From Malacoraja senta (lineage: Eukaryota): a stretch of 64,000 nt of DNA. The stretch is from assembly GCA_038087875.1 (NCBI GenBank), contig CM075993.1, positions 3,040,001-3,104,000 on the forward strand. Reading direction: 5' to 3'. The notes below the pieces were generated by a model. The model saw nothing but the letters and a program-made list of their open reading frames with translations. It did no database searches and was not told the origin of the DNA. Shown here piece after piece: positions 25,950 through 39,524 of the stretch. The position numbers were made by a program, and so were the translations under genes. The stretch's first letter is position 1. Each line of letters starts with the position of its first letter.

Positions 25950-26244
25950 AGTCTTTCACCATTCCTCTCTTCCCAGTCACATTCCGACTAATGTTATCCA
26001 AAGGCATTAACACTTGAAATATTAATACCGCACAGTGTGACAGCCAAGCAGTGTGCAGTGATTATCTGATTAGATGTGTTGACATTCTGCTGTGGTATTT
26101 TCTTACCTGAGGTTATTTGAGTTGGCAGCACTGTGGAACCAAACTTTGTCCTTGGCAGCCCACTCAACATGTTGACGTTGGAAATTGGAGGTGACTTCTG
26201 TCTGTCCCTCTTCATTACTGTTCTGTTTTTGTGCCTTAGTTCAT

Positions 26245-26782
26245 TTTAGTTTAGAGATACAGCATGGAAACAGGCCCTTTGGCCCACCGGGCCCACGCCG
26301 ACCAGCGATCCCCGCGCACTAACACCACCCTACACACAGTAGGGACAATTTGCAATTTTACCGAAGCTAATTAAAGGCCTGTCCCACTGTACGAGGCAAT
26401 TCAAGAGTTCTCCCGAGTTTCCCCTGATTGGAACTCGGAGAATTACGGTAATAGCCATTTCTAGGTACTCGGGGGCTCTCGCGGACATTTTGCACGGTGC
26501 TGAAAAAACGTCACGAGTTTCCGCGTTTCCTGAGTACCTGCCGTTAGCGTTATGAGCCGCTACGAGACATCCCCGAGCTCCGACGTACCCGCTACGTACA
26601 TTCTACGTACTTACCATGAATTTGATTTTTTTTAAACTCGGGAGAGCTCTTGAATCACCTCGTACAGTGGGACAGCCCCTTTAGTCTACAAACCCGCACG
26701 TCTTTGGATTGTGGGAGGAAACCGGAGCTACCGGAGAAAACCCACGCAGGTCACGGGGAGAACGTACAAACTCCACACAGAC
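26245..26782 (-). mobile_element. V-SINE split by a MITE
   Basis: SINE tail 26245-26373 and V-domain 26681-26782. Confidence 0.8.
26374..26680. mobile_element. Harbinger-type MITE
   Basis: TIR aaggcctgtcccactgtacgagg / cctcgtacagtgggacagcccct; TTA both sides. Confidence 0.88.
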
Positions 26783-26860
26783 TCTAAGACTACAAGATGA
26801 GGAGGATGATTGTTCTCAGATGTATGGTAGTGGCTGATCTTTCACTCAGGTGTTCAGTTT

Positions 26861-27548
26861 TCACAATCACAATCACAATAATACATTATTCGCCAAATAC
26901 GTTTTGCAACATACGAGGAATTTCATTTGCCAAGTCAGTCATACAATTAAAAAGCAACGGAACACGCAAAACACATTTTAACATAAACATCCACCACAGT
27001 GACTCCTCCACATTCCTCACTGTGATGGAAGGCGAAAAAAAAGTTCAAATCTCTTCCCTTTGCTCTCCCGCGGTCGGGGACCTCGAGCCCTCCGTTGACG
27101 GGAGGATCTTGACTCGGGCCCTCCGCGTCGAGGCAATCAGCTCCCGCATCGGGGGGGATGTCAGCTCCTCCGCGCCGGATGATCGAACCCCACGTCGGGG
27201 CTGGTCGAACGTTGGAGCTCCCGACATCCACGGCCTCTCCCGATGTAAAGACCGCAGGCCGCGGTTGGAGCGATCCCAGGCAAGGGATCAACTCCGATGT
27301 AAGTCCACGCCCCGCGATGGGGCCCAAGGTCAGTCCGAGGAGGCCTCCAGCTCCATCGATGGTCGGCCGCAGAGCGACCGGAGAATGCGATCCGAAAATT
27401 AATCGCATCTCCGGCAAGGTAGGAAACTGAAAAAAAGTGTTTCCCCTGACCCCCCCCCCCACATAAAACAAACCGGAGAACATTTACACAAACTTTTAAC
27501 ACACGCTAAAAACAAACAGCGGGGCTGCCAATCGAACGCCGCTCCTGG
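26861..27548 (-). mobile_element. GC-rich non-autonomous retroelement (copy C)
   Basis: Hairpins at 27380-27412 and 26990-27029, G-run leader, (gtgatt)n tail on minus strand. Confidence 0.65.
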
Positions 27549-28179
27549 ATGTACTGTGGCTACTGATTTCAAGAGAGAGTTCGATTTAGCTCTTAGGGCT
27601 AAAGGAATCAAGGGATGTGGGGAAAAAGCAGGAACGAGGTAGTGATTTAGGATTTAGACAAAAGTGCTGGAGAAACTCAGCGGGTGAGGCAGCATCTATG
27701 GAGCGAAGGAAATAGGCAACGTTTCGGGCCGAAACCCTTCTTCAGACTAGTGATTTGGAATGATCATATTGAATGGCGGTGCTGGCTCGAAGGGCCGAAT
27801 GGCCTTACTCCTGCACCTATTTTTCTCTGTTCTGCGTTTCTCTTCTGTCAGGATAATTGGAGAGCGAGCCGGCTGAGAGGGGAGCGTGACTGGACTGCCT
27901 CTCTTCCTTCGGGCCCCAGAACACTTCTCATGAACCTTTCTCCTGGAGGCGACTTGAAGGAACATCAGCAAAATGGAGCATCGTGGTAAATTAAATCATG
28001 TCAAATTGAATCTGACAGCCTGTGACAAGGGAGTCATGAGCAGATGGTACATGGTAGACAGTTGCTACAGGGAGGTCTGTGTCCTTCAGATGTTCTTCTG
28101 CCCAATGGACTTTACAGAACCATAATCACTAAACTATTTACTTTGAAGATGGAAGTTTATCTCCTAGGCAGCAGGTAGA

Positions 28180-28788
28180 AACATAGAATCATAGAATCAT
28201 AGATACATAGACAATAGGTGCAGGAGTAGGCCATTCGGCCCTTCGAGCCAGCACCGCCATTCAATATGATCATGGCTGATCATCCTAAATCAGTAAGTAG
28301 ACAAAAATGCTGGAGAAACTCAGTGGGACAGGCAGCATCTCTGGAGAGAAGGAATTGGTAGGAAGGAACTGCAGATGCTGGTTTAAATCGAAGATAGACA
28401 CAAAATGCTGGAGTATCTCAGCGGGGCGAGATCCTTCTTAAAAACTTTTGTTACGTTGGTGAAAGGACAATATTTATCTTCCAGTCTGAAGACGGGTTTC
28501 GGCCCGAAACGTTGCCTATTTCCTTCGCTCCATAGATGCTGCTGCACCCGCTGAGTTTCTCCAGCATTTTTGTCTACCTTCGATTTTCCAGCATCTGCAG
28601 TTCCTTCTTAAATCCTAAATCAGTACCCCGTTCCCGCTTTCCCCCACCATATCCCTTGATTCCTTTAGCCCTAAGAGCTGTATCTAACTCTCTCTTGAAA
28701 ACATCCAGTGAATTGGCCTCCCCTGCCTTCTGTGGCAGAGAATTCCACCGATTCACAACTCTCTGGGTGAAAAAGTTGTTCCTCATTA
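28180..28788 (-). mobile_element. CR1 3' end interrupted by Penelope segments (28296-28611)
   Basis: 14-bp direct repeat atcctaaatcagta at 28282-28295 and 28612-28625. Confidence 0.8.
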
Positions 28789-28924
28789 GTTTATTGCCAC
28801 GAGTACTGAGGTACAGTGAAAAGCTTTATATGGCTCGATTCTTATATGGAAATTGAAATTAATCTCCTATAATATGGGGCAAATGCAGGCAAATGGGACT
28901 AGTGTAGATGGGACATGTTGGTTT

Positions 28925-29238
28925 TAATTTTAGTTTAGCTTAGAGATACAACGTGGAAACCGGCCCCTCAGCCCACTGAGTCCACGCCAACCAGCGATCC
29001 CCACACACTAACACTATCCTACACACACACTAGGGTCAATTGTCACTTATACCAAGCCAATTAAACTACAAACCTGTACGTCTTTGGAGTGTGGGAGGAA
29101 ACAGAAGATCTCGGAGTAAACCCACGCGGTCACGGGGAGAACGTACAAACTCCGTACAGACAGCACCCGTAGTCGGGATCGAACCCGGGTCTCTGGCGCT
29201 GTAAGGCAGCAGCGTTACCGCTGCGCCACCGTGCCGTC
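28925..29238 (-). mobile_element. V-SINE, full length
   Basis: A and B boxes, V-domain, tail on minus strand. Confidence 0.9.
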
Positions 29239-29749
29239 CCGCTGGTCGGTATGGGCACGTTGGGCCGAAGGGCCAGTATGACTTTACGACTCCATGTTGA
29301 TCTCATCATTCTTCCCACATCACTCTCAAAATAATAACACTTTATTATGGAGTTAAACACGAATCTTGAAGGCAGTTGATACTGTAAGCCGGCGTTGAGT
29401 ACAGCGAAGAAGTCCCCTGACACATGAGGAAATGATATCCTTTTCCAGCTGAGAGTCTCAGTTTGAAATCGTGGATAGACAGCGCTCCAAAAGTTCAGCA
29501 TCTCCCTTGGGACCCAGACATGTGTCTTGTGCTCTAATCTCTAGTGTGATACTCCAACCACCATCTCCTGACTTGAGGTGCTGGTGAGATCTACACTGTG
29601 AGGGGAATCGCACATTAGTCGAGCGCAGTGCTCTCCGAGGTGAGATTAGCTCCAGATTTAGTCTAGTTTAGTTTAGTTTAGAGATGCAGCACGGAAACAG
29701 GCCCTTCAGCCCACCGAGTCCACACTGACCAGCGATCCCCGCACATAGA

Positions 29750-30051
29750 AGGGCCTGTCCCATTTTCATGACCTAACTCACGACCTTTGCCCTTGACTCA
29801 TACTCGCAGCATGGTCGTCATGAGGTCGTAGGAGGTCGTAGGAGGTCGTAGGTAGGTTGTAGGTAGGCCGTGATGCTAGTCGTAGGTACTCGTGGCATCA
29901 AGTAGGTTGGGGCGTTTTTCTAGCCTGGCGAAAAATGTCCACGAGTAAAAAAATACTCGTGACGAAAAAAATGGTTACTTTTTACCCGCTACGTACATTA
30001 CACGGATCAGGGGAGAAGTCTTGAATTACCTCATACAGTGGGGCAGGCCCT
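29750..30051. mobile_element. Harbinger-type MITE, apparently chimeric
   Basis: Termini agggcctgtccca / tggggcaggccct; left body resembles the 21633 family, right end the 26374 family. Confidence 0.7.
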
Positions 30052-30397
30052 TAACTGCAGCTATTTGGTTCCACCTTCACTAAAGTAGATTAATTGGCCA
30101 TTTATTGCATTGCATCGGTTTGAAGGTATTTGCTGTGGAAAATACATTACGAGATGGTCATAATTCAAGAACACTTTGACCACACATTAAGTTTTGAAAA
30201 TAAATCTTCACCAACTAACCTCTAATTCTATCAATTTAATCTTATAATAACACAGAAGGACTTTCCTGGGCTTTATCGTGCACTAAATGTTATTCCTTTT
30301 ATCCTGTATCTGTGCACTTTGGACACCTCGAATGTGATCGTGTATAGTCTTTCCATTGGCTGGTTGGTACGCAATAAAAAGTCACAGTGTCACAGTG

Positions 30398-30602
30398 TCA
30401 CGGTGGCGCAGCGGTAGAGTTGCTGCCTCACAGCGAATGTCAGCGCCGGAGACCCCGGTTCGATCCCGACTACGGGTGCTATCTGTACGGAGTTTGTACC
30501 TTCTCCCCGTGATCTGCGTGGGTTTTCTCCGAGATCTTCGGTTTCATCCCACACTCCAAAGACGTACAGGTCTGTAGGTTAATTGGCTTGGTGTAAATGT
30601 AA
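30398..30602 (+). mobile_element. V-SINE 5' part
   Basis: A and B boxes, V-domain. Confidence 0.85.
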
Positions 30603-31005
30603 GCAACAGGCAAATGCTTAGTCCGCCCTCATTTTGTATGCCAGGCATGGCTTGTATTATTCTAGCGCTCGTCAAGAGTGGTGATCCTTGTTGCGGGGCC
30701 ACAGAATGCTTAATTAACACACATCTAGAGGTCGACTTACAAGTTAATTGCTGCTGCAAAGGGTGCTCTTCACTTTTGGGGAGATGCTTGTAAACCTCTG
30801 ACACCAGCCAGAAGGAAACAGCAGCACATTAAAGGTTGTTTTCGCTAATTCCTGTTCTTTATTAGCTTCTCCTAAGTGCAGTCTGGTTAAACTGTGCCCG
30901 ACAACGGAAGATGAGTAACAGAAGCCAGGAAAACGGGTTTGGGGTGAAAGGGAGAAAATTTTACATTTACACCTCGTCTTCACGAAAGCCCGTGAGGAGA
31001 TCCAA

Positions 31006-31277
31006 GGTGGCGCAGCGGTAGAGTTGCCGCCTTACAGCGCTTGCAGCGCCAGGGACCCGGGTTCGATCCCGACTACGGGTGCTGTCTGTACGGAGTTTGT
31101 ACGTTCTCCCCGTGACCTGCGTGGGTTTTCTCCGAGATCTTCAGTTTCCTCCCGCACTCCAAAGACGTACAGGTTTGTAGGTTAATTGGCTTGGTGTGTG
31201 TTGAATAGTGTCAGTGTGCGGGGATCGCTGGTCGGCACGGACTCAGTGGGCCGAAGGGCCTGTTTACGTGCTGTATA
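31006..31277 (+). mobile_element. V-SINE
   Basis: A and B boxes, V-domain, tail. Confidence 0.88.
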
Positions 31278-31509
31278 GATTGACACAAAAGGCTGGCTCC
31301 AGCATCTCTGGAGAAAATAGATGGGTGACGTTTCAGGTCGAGACCCTTCTTCAGACCTTCTGCAGGTAGACAAGATTAGTTTAACTTGCACGGACATTGT
31401 GGGCCGAAGGGCCTGTTCCTGTGCTGTACTGTCATATGTTCTAATAAGATAGGATTGGTAAACGGGCACACAAGCGTGGCAGGCCGTAGGACCCGTTTCT
31501 ATGCTGTGT

Positions 31510-31785
31510 CATACAGCGTGAAAACAGGCCCTTCAGCCCAACTTGCCCACATTGACCAACATGCCCCATCTACACCAGTCCCACTTGCCTGCATTTGGCC
31601 CATATCCCTCTAAACCTATCCTATCCATGTACCTGTCTAACTGTTTCTTAAACGTTGGGATAGTCCCAGCCTCAACTACCTCCTCTGGCAGCTTGCTCCA
31701 TGCACCCACCACCCTTTGTGTGAAAAAGCTACCCCTCAGATTCCTATTAAATCTTTTCCTCTTCACCTTGAACCTATGTCCTCTA
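31510..31785 (-). mobile_element. CR1-type LINE 3' end
   Basis: RFNRNLRGSFFTQRVVGAWSKLPEEVVEAG; 3' tail gggctgaagggcctgttt shared with the SINE. Confidence 0.85.
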
Positions 31786-31789
31786 TTGA

Positions 31790-32422
31790 CCTACTTCTAC
31801 AGATGCGGAGAGTGATTGGCATCTGTTGGCTGTGAGAACAGACCAGAGGCTGCTTCACAGAACACCTCCGCTCAGTCCGCCTAAACCTACCTGATCACCA
31901 CTTCAACTCCCCCTCCCATTCCCACACTGACCTTTCTGTCCTGGGCCTCCTCCATTCTCAGAGTCAGGCCCAAGGCAAATTGGAGGAACAGCACCTCATA
32001 TTCCACTTGGGCAACTTACACCCCAGCGATATGAACGTTGACTTGTCTAACTTCAAGTAACCCTCTCTCTGTCCCTCCCCCTTCCCAGTTCTCCGACCAG
32101 TCTGACTGTCACTGACTACATTTTATCTCTGTTTACTTTGTTGTCACCTTCTCCCAGCTAACAACGATCTCTTCGACATTGTCTTTGAACTCCATCCCCT
32201 TTGTCCCGTGTTCACACCTTACACTTCCTTATCTATGAATCTCCCTCTCCCCTGACATCAGTCTGAAGAAGGGTCTCGACACGAAACATCACCCATTCCA
32301 TCCCTCAAGAGATGTGCTATTGTCCTATCTGTGACACATGATAATAAACTCGCTTGACTTGACTTGGCTTGGCTCTTGATGCTGCCTATCCCGCTGAGTT
32401 ACTCCATCATTTTGTGTCTACC
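31790..32422 (+). mobile_element. Penelope-like element 3' fragment
   Basis: Degenerate GIY-YIG coding remnant, UTR and ctgaagaagggtctcgacacgaaacatc. Confidence 0.75.
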
Positions 32423-32735
32423 TTGCGTGCTTGAAGGTCCATTAACTTCTGTGGCTGATTAGAATTCCAGGCAGCAAAATGAGCCATGCCTCTTCTGACT
32501 GTACAGAACATCCCATCTCGTAATTATGATTTTTTAATCTTGTACCTTTAATTTATCTTTGTGGTGATCGTGTCTCCTTCTTCAGAACGTCCCGCCTCCA
32601 ATGTCATCCATTACTTCATCCTCACCGACTCGGTCTCCTTCAGGTTTATTCATTTCTTTCAGGTTCCTTTCTGTCAGAGCTGAGCCTCGACTAAACCCTG
32701 GCACATTTATATTACAAACGGCAGATCATATTCCT

Positions 32736-32934
32736 TGGTACACAAAAATGCTGGAGAAACTCAGCGGGTGCAGCAGCATCTATGGAGCGAAGGAAATAGG
32801 CAACGTTTCGGGCCGAAACCCTTCTTCAGAAACGTTGCCTATTTCCTTCGCTCCATAGATGCTGCTTCACCCGCTGAGTTTCTCCAGCATTTTTGTCAAC
32901 CTTCGGTTTTCCAGCATCTGCAGTTCCTTCTTAA
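32736..32934. mobile_element. Inverted pair of Penelope terminal segments
   Basis: About 70-bp arms forming a fold-back around gggccgaaacccttcttca. Confidence 0.75.
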
Positions 32935-34097
32935 ACCAAAGGAATAGTTAGATCTCAAGCCGGGTGTTGAGCAGCCAGGTTGTTGTCTCTGTTGGCGTCA
33001 ATGTCTGCCAGGCCCTGAGCTCCATTGGTAGAGCGGGCACCCAGAGATGACATCGATAACACGAATTCAAACCAAGGATAGGAGAAAGACCAAGTGTCGC
33101 AGCCTTGAGCCAAGCTTCGCCCTCTAATTTCGGAGCGGGCGGCAGCTGCCGTCAAAGGCAGGGATGCTGGGATACAACAGCTGAATGTTGAAGATCTCAC
33201 CAGCTGCTGCCATCATATTCCTTGAAAGCATCTTGCTGAGGTACAGGCCGACAAAAAACGCTGGAGTAACAGGCAGCATCTCTGCAGAGAAGGAATGGGT
33301 GGTGTTACAGGTCAAGATCTTACGGGTCGAGATCAGGACCGCTCTCTGGTTGTGGTAGGATGATTCAGTTGCCCGATAACAGCTGGGAAACCTGTTCACA
33401 AGCAAAACAACAGACAGGCGAAGTTACTGAATCTGGGGGATAATTTCCGTGGGCTAAGTTTCTGCATTTGCTTTTCCAGTTAGCACCCAAACATTTCACT
33501 GTTCCATGAACCCATAACAAAGTGAAACTCGATTAGAAATTTGAAATAAAGCATTAAAAAATGCATTCTTATTGGAGAAAATCAGCTCAGGTTTTCATAA
33601 GCATTCTTCGATGAGCAACGTCTCGAATCTATCTTCACAATAGCGGAATTCTAAAGGATTAAGGAATTGTGAAACTATCTAGAGAAGTTAATTGATGTCA
33701 ATGTGCTCTGAGATATGGATAAATACAGGAGCCCACAATGTTTTGAGTGTTGCAATGTTTAGAGCTATTATTTCTGAGTTGAATAACATAGGAGTTCTTT
33801 TCAACTCTTGTTCAATTTGCAGCAGAGCATTTTAAACAAGTGAATGGGTCGACCTTTGTACAGTGCCAGCTTCCTCCAGCAGAATTTCATCTGCATTCGA
33901 ACAAACCCTTTGTTGGGAGTTTTTTTAAGATATTATTAGTTTTGTTCTGCATTTACAAGTTCATTATTAGCTTCTCTGATTTGTTCTATGCTGAGGTAAA
34001 GCATCTTGCCTGGACTGTTGGTTACAGGACTATTGGCTTCCACTTACTGAATAAGTAATCAGACCTTTTAAAGAGTACTTAGTTATAATTTTACTTC

Positions 34098-34365
34098 TTA
34101 GAGATACAGCGCGGAAACAGGCCCTTCGGCCCACCGACCAGCTAACACTATCCTACACACACTAGGGACAATTTACGCTTATACCAAGCCAAGTAACCTA
34201 CAAATCTGAACGTCTTTGGAGTGTGGGAGGAAACCGAAGATCTCGGAGAAAACCCACGCAGGTCACGGGGAGAATCTGTGTAGACAAGCACCCGTAGTCG
34301 GGATCGAACCTGGGTCTCTGGCGCTGTAAGGCAGGAGCTCTACCCGCTGTGCCACCGGGCCGCCC
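34098..34365 (-). mobile_element. V-SINE
   Basis: Reverse-complement copy with small deletions. Confidence 0.8.
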
Positions 34366-34546
34366 TTACAAGGAGATCTGTAACTGACTTTGTAAGCAAA
34401 TATCAACGATATCCCACCATCATCAGACTGGCATTACAGTCGTACAGCACCGAAGCAGGCCATTCGGCCCGACTCGACCATGCCGGCAAAGAGGGCACAT
34501 CTAAGCCAGTCCCATTTGCTTGTGTTGGCCCATGTCCTTCTAAACG

Positions 34547-35025
34547 TAGAAACATAGAAATAGGTGCAGGAGTAGGCCATTCGGCCCTTCGAGCCAGCAC
34601 CGCCATTCAATATGATCATGGCTGATCATTCAAAATCAGTACCCCGTTCCTGCTTTCTCCTCATATCCCTTGATTCCGTTAGCCCTAAGAGCTAAATCTA
34701 ACTCTCTCTTGAATACATCCAGTGAATCGGCCTCCACTGCCTTCTGTGGCAGAGAATTCCACAGATTCACAACACTCTGGGTGAAAAGGTTTTTCCTCAT
34801 CTCAGTCCAAAATGGCCGACCCCTTATTCCTAAACTGTGTAACCCCTGGTTCTGGACTCCCCCACCATCGGGAACATTTTCCCTGCATCTAGCCTGTCCA
34901 ATCCTTTAAGAATTGTATATGTTTCTATGAGATCTCCTCTCATCCTTCTAAATTCTAAAGTGAATACAAGCCCAGTCGAACCATTCTTTCATCATATGTC
35001 AGACCCGCCATCCTGGGCATTAACC
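34547..35025 (-). mobile_element. CR1-type LINE 3' fragment
   Basis: Reverse complement of CR1 RT C-terminus and tail ttctatgtttcta. Confidence 0.8.
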
Positions 35026-35309
35026 ATTCCTATCCATGTACCGGTCCAAGAATCTTTCAAATTCTGTTATAGCATCTGCCTCAGCTACCTCCTCTGGCAG
35101 CTCGTTCCATGGACCTACAGAAAAGTTGCCCCTCGTGTCCCCTATTCAACTTGTCCCTCTCTCGTTATGACCTCTAGTTCTTGACCCTGTGAAAAATAAG
35201 ACAATAGGGCAGCGTATCGACACAGCTTATAGACCAGCGGATGCACCAGGGATCAATCCCGACCTCGGCCGCTCCCTCTGTGGAGTTTGCGTGCACTCTG
35301 TGCCCACAT

Positions 35310-35594
35310 CACGGTGGCCCAGCGGTAGAGTTGCTGCCTCACAGCGCCAGTGACCCGCCAGTTCGATCCTGACCACAGGTGCCGCCTGTACGGAGTGTGC
35401 ACGTTCTCGCCGTGACCCGCGTGGGTTTTCTCCGGGTGCTCTGGTTTCCTCCCACACTGCAAAGACGCGCAGGTTTGAGGGTTAATTGGCTTCTGTAAAT
35501 GGCCCCGATGGTGTAGAATAGAACTAGTGTACAGGTGATCGATGGCCAGCATGGACTCAGTGGGATGAAGGGCCTTCTCGAAAACTAAAACTAA
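35310..35594 (+). mobile_element. V-SINE, diverged subfamily
   Basis: A box, B box gttcgatcc, V-domain. Confidence 0.8.
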
Positions 35595-36187
35595 GATGCT
35601 GCCTAATCCGCTGTGCGTTTTCCTGCTTTTATTTCAGACACCGTGTTCTGTTTTTATTTCAGATTTCCAGCATCTGCAGTTTCTTTTTTTGATTTGTTGA
35701 CAGCCCATAATTAACGATATCCAAATGGAATCTAATAATCAGGATTCCATTCATGGCAGTATTTCAATCTTTCTTGTCAACATCTCTCAATGTCGAAGAA
35801 TTTTACCACCGAATTTTACAACTTCTCATTAGTTTATTGAACGATATTGAATATGTTATCAATGAGCCTTATTCTTTGTGGCTTTTTTAAGCAAACCGGT
35901 TGCCTTGTGATCTCGGTAGATGCTGGTTTATCAAGGAGAGGTACAAAATACTGGAGTACACAATGGGTCAGGCAGCATCCCCGGAGAACATGGATAGGTG
36001 ACGTTTCGGGTCGATACTCTTTTTCGGACGGATTGCAGTGGGGGGGAGGGAGAAGGCTGGTAGAGAGGTGGGTGCAGGACAAAGCCAGGCTAGTGATAAA
36101 ACAAGGAACTGCAGATGCTGGTTTATCAAAGAAAGACGCAAAATGCTGGAGTAACTCAGCGGGTCGAGCTGCATCTCTGGAGAATAT

Positions 36188-36712
36188 GATTCAAGATTCA
36201 CGATTCAAGAGAGTTTATTGTCATGTGTCCCAGATAGGACAATGAAATTCTTGCTTTGCTTCAGCACAACAGAACATAGACGGCATGAATACAGGACAGA
36301 TCAGTGTGTCCATGTACCATTATATAAATATATACACATATGAATAAATAAAACAGATGAAGTGCAAATAAACAGATAATGGGCTATTAATGTTCAGAGT
36401 TTTGTATGAGTTGAGTTTAATAGCCTGATGGCTGTGGGGAAGTAGCTATTCCTGAACCTGGTCGTTGCAGTCTTCAGGCTCCTGTACCTTCTACCTGAAC
36501 GTAGTAGGGAGATGAGTGTGTGGCCAGGATGGTGTGGGTCCTTGATGATACTGCCAGCCTTTTTGAGACAGCGACTGCGATAGATCCCCTCGATGGTAGG
36601 GAGGTCAGAGCCAATGATGGACTGGGCAGTGTTTACTACTTTTTGCAGTCTTTTCCGCTCCTGGGCGCTCAAGTTGCCGAACCAAGCCACGATGCAACTG
36701 GTCAGCATGCTC
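36188..36712 (-). mobile_element. Rex1/Babar-type LINE 3' fragment
   Basis: ORF 36394-36708 SCIVAWFGN...FPTAIRLLN; (tgaatct)n-like tail. Confidence 0.82.
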
Positions 36713-37369
36713 TCTTAAGGATAAGTAAAGTGTAGGAAGGAATGCAGGTGCTGGTTTACACCGAAGATAGACACAACATTTTGGAGTAACTCAACGGGAC
36801 AGGCAGCATCACTGGAAAGAAGGAATGGGTGATGTTTCAGGTCGAGACCCTTCTTCAGATTTGAGTCAGGAGGGAGGGTCCCAATACGAAACATCAACAA
36901 ACCATGTTCTCCAGAACTGCTGCCTGTCCCGATGAATTACTCCAGCATTTTGTATCTTGTCTTGGGACCTTATTGTCCACTTCCACTTTATAACAAGAAC
37001 AGCCCATCGGTGCTTTGGCACGGAATATCTTCATTAGTAATGGACAACCCAGTAATCTTGTATCTTAAGGTTCATTATCAATGCTCTTGGGAAGAAATCA
37101 CGTGCGTTATATTTTACTGTCTCTTCAAAAATCACAATGAAGAAATGTTGGAGTTCAATTAGCATTTTGCTTGTGAAAGCAGACATGTAGTGAAGATTAA
37201 GGCGTTTGCGAGAACATGGAATATTTCAGCCTGCTTTCAAAGACCGTGAAACAAAGTCCTCCAACCCACTGTTTATGTTAATAGTGACTTTAGGGTGAGA
37301 GAGGAGGCAACTTTAAAGAAATCTGGAATAGGATTTTTGTTTGATCTTCGTGAAGATTTGCCATCTACA

Positions 37370-37825
37370 CCTCACGCTGCCTCGGCAAGGCCACCAGCAT
37401 TACCAGGGACCTCTCACCCTCTTCTCCTCTCTCCCATCAGGCAAGAGGTACAGAAGTTTGGAAACGCACACCTCCAGATTCAGGGACTGTTTATTCCCGG
37501 CTGCTATCAGGCAACAGAACCATCCTCTCACCAACTAGAGAGTGGTCCTGACCTCCCATCTACTCCATTGGAGATCTACGAACTGTCTTTAATCAGACTA
37601 CTGGACTTTATCTTGCACTAAATGTTGTATCCTCTATCCTTCATGTGTACACTGTGGGCAGCTTGATTGCAATCGTGTGCTGTCTTTGCTTTGACTGGAT
37701 AGCACACAACAAAAAAGCTTTTCACTGTACCTCAGTACACTGACAATAATAATAACCTAACCTAAACTAGACTAAACTAGAACTAGATTTAAACTAGACT
37801 AACCTAAACAAAACGAGAACTAAAT
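37370..37825 (+). mobile_element. Rex1/Babar-type LINE 3' fragment
   Basis: LPSGKRYRSLETHTSRFRDCLFPAAIRQ and UTR ending gacaataa. Confidence 0.7.
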
Positions 37826-39014
37826 TCTTCACAAGATCCAACAGATTTAATGATGGTGGAATAAAGGGGAGATTAGGAAAAGACTATTTAACCAGGACAT
37901 TAGCAACACTTGAGGCAATTCTCTCCTTGTAAAAGGTCGGGACACTTCCCTTCCTTCCACTACACCCAGCTCACCCCCTCTACGTCCCCGCACACAGTGC
38001 AGACGCCTCCCCGCACGGTGAGGAAGAAGGGGGAAAAAAGGAAGACAAATTAGGCGCAGGCGCTTCAAGTGGTAAGAGGGATTTAAGATAACGTTCTGTA
38101 CCCACTGGACTCTGAAATGAGCATTTTAGCCACTACATGTCTTCAATTCCAGATTAATTTTTAATGGGCTTGTTAAGCAAAAGTCTGTCACTGCCTTCCC
38201 CATGCATCGCTGGTATCTCTGTTAATAATTTAAGCATTGTGGCTCTGTTTCTTGTGTTGGGATTAACACACAATTCTGCAAAGGACAAGGCAAAACCGTG
38301 CTGTTATATTATTGCTCACCAATCCTGGCTGAATTATGTCATCCGATTAACCCTCTGAGGGTTGAACCAAACTTTCACGGCAAGACCAAATGTTATTTCA
38401 CAAAGCAGCATAACTCCGATGGGCCAAAGGGCCTGTTCGCTTGCTATTCTGCTCTGCATTCTATTGCCAGTTACAAACATAGAAAATAGGTGCAGGAGTA
38501 GGCCATTCGGCCCTTCGAGCCAGCACTGCAGTTCGATAGGATCATGGCTGATCATCCAGAATCAGTATGAGAAAGAACTGCAGATGCTGGATAAAATCGA
38601 AGGTAGACACAAAATGCTGGAGTAACTCAGCGGGTGAGGCAGCATCTGTGGAGAGCAGGAATGGGTGACGTTTCAGGTCGAGACCCTTCTTCAGACTGAG
38701 AGTCAGGGGGAAAGGCAAAGAAGAGATATAGACGCCGATGTGGAGAGATATAGAACAAATGAATGAAAGATATGCAAAAAAGTGATGGAGTCACTTATGG
38801 CCATATCCTTCTAAATTCAAAAAGTACAGCAAGTTATTGAGGTTGCAATGTCAGTTATTAATAGTTGTCTTGTCCATATAAAATATTTAATGAGATTAAT
38901 CCACCATGGGATTGCAAACCATCTGTTATTCACTTTGGCATAAGTCTCACACTTATAACATTCTTATGAAACATGTGCTAATGTTAGTAGTTGTCAGTAG
39001 TAGCTGCACGGAGT

Positions 39015-39322
39015 TTCTTGCCCAGAGTAGGTGAATCGAGGGCCAGAGGACATAGGCTTCAGGTGAAGGGGAAAAGATTTAATAGGAATCTGAGGGGCAA
39101 CTTTTTCACACAAAGGGTGGTGGGTGTATGGAACGAGCTGCCGGAGGAGGTAGTTGAGGCGGGGACTATCCCAACGTTTAAGAAACAGTTAGACGGGTAC
39201 ATGGATAGGACAGGTTTGGAGGGGTATGGACCAAACGCGGGTAGGTGGGACGTGTAGCTGGGACATGTTGACTGGTGTGGGCAAGTTCGGCCTGTTCCCA
39301 CACTGTCTCACTCCACGACTCT
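39015..39322 (+). mobile_element. CR1-type LINE 3' end
   Basis: RGHRLQVKGKRFNRNLRGNFFTQRVVGVWNELP. Confidence 0.85.
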
Positions 39323-39524
39323 ATCAGAGAAAGCCCCTAAATTTGTTTTATTACCCTGGTAATAATGTGTTTGGCCAACTAAATGATGTCTTGGAAACAA
39401 TTAGGAGAGATTGGAGCTTTAAGGTGATGTATGTACATGGATTTAGTGTCAATACTAGCAGGCCGCAGCTTCGAGTCACCACCAAATGCATGGAAGCAGC
39501 TTGTACAACCTTAATGCCATATTG

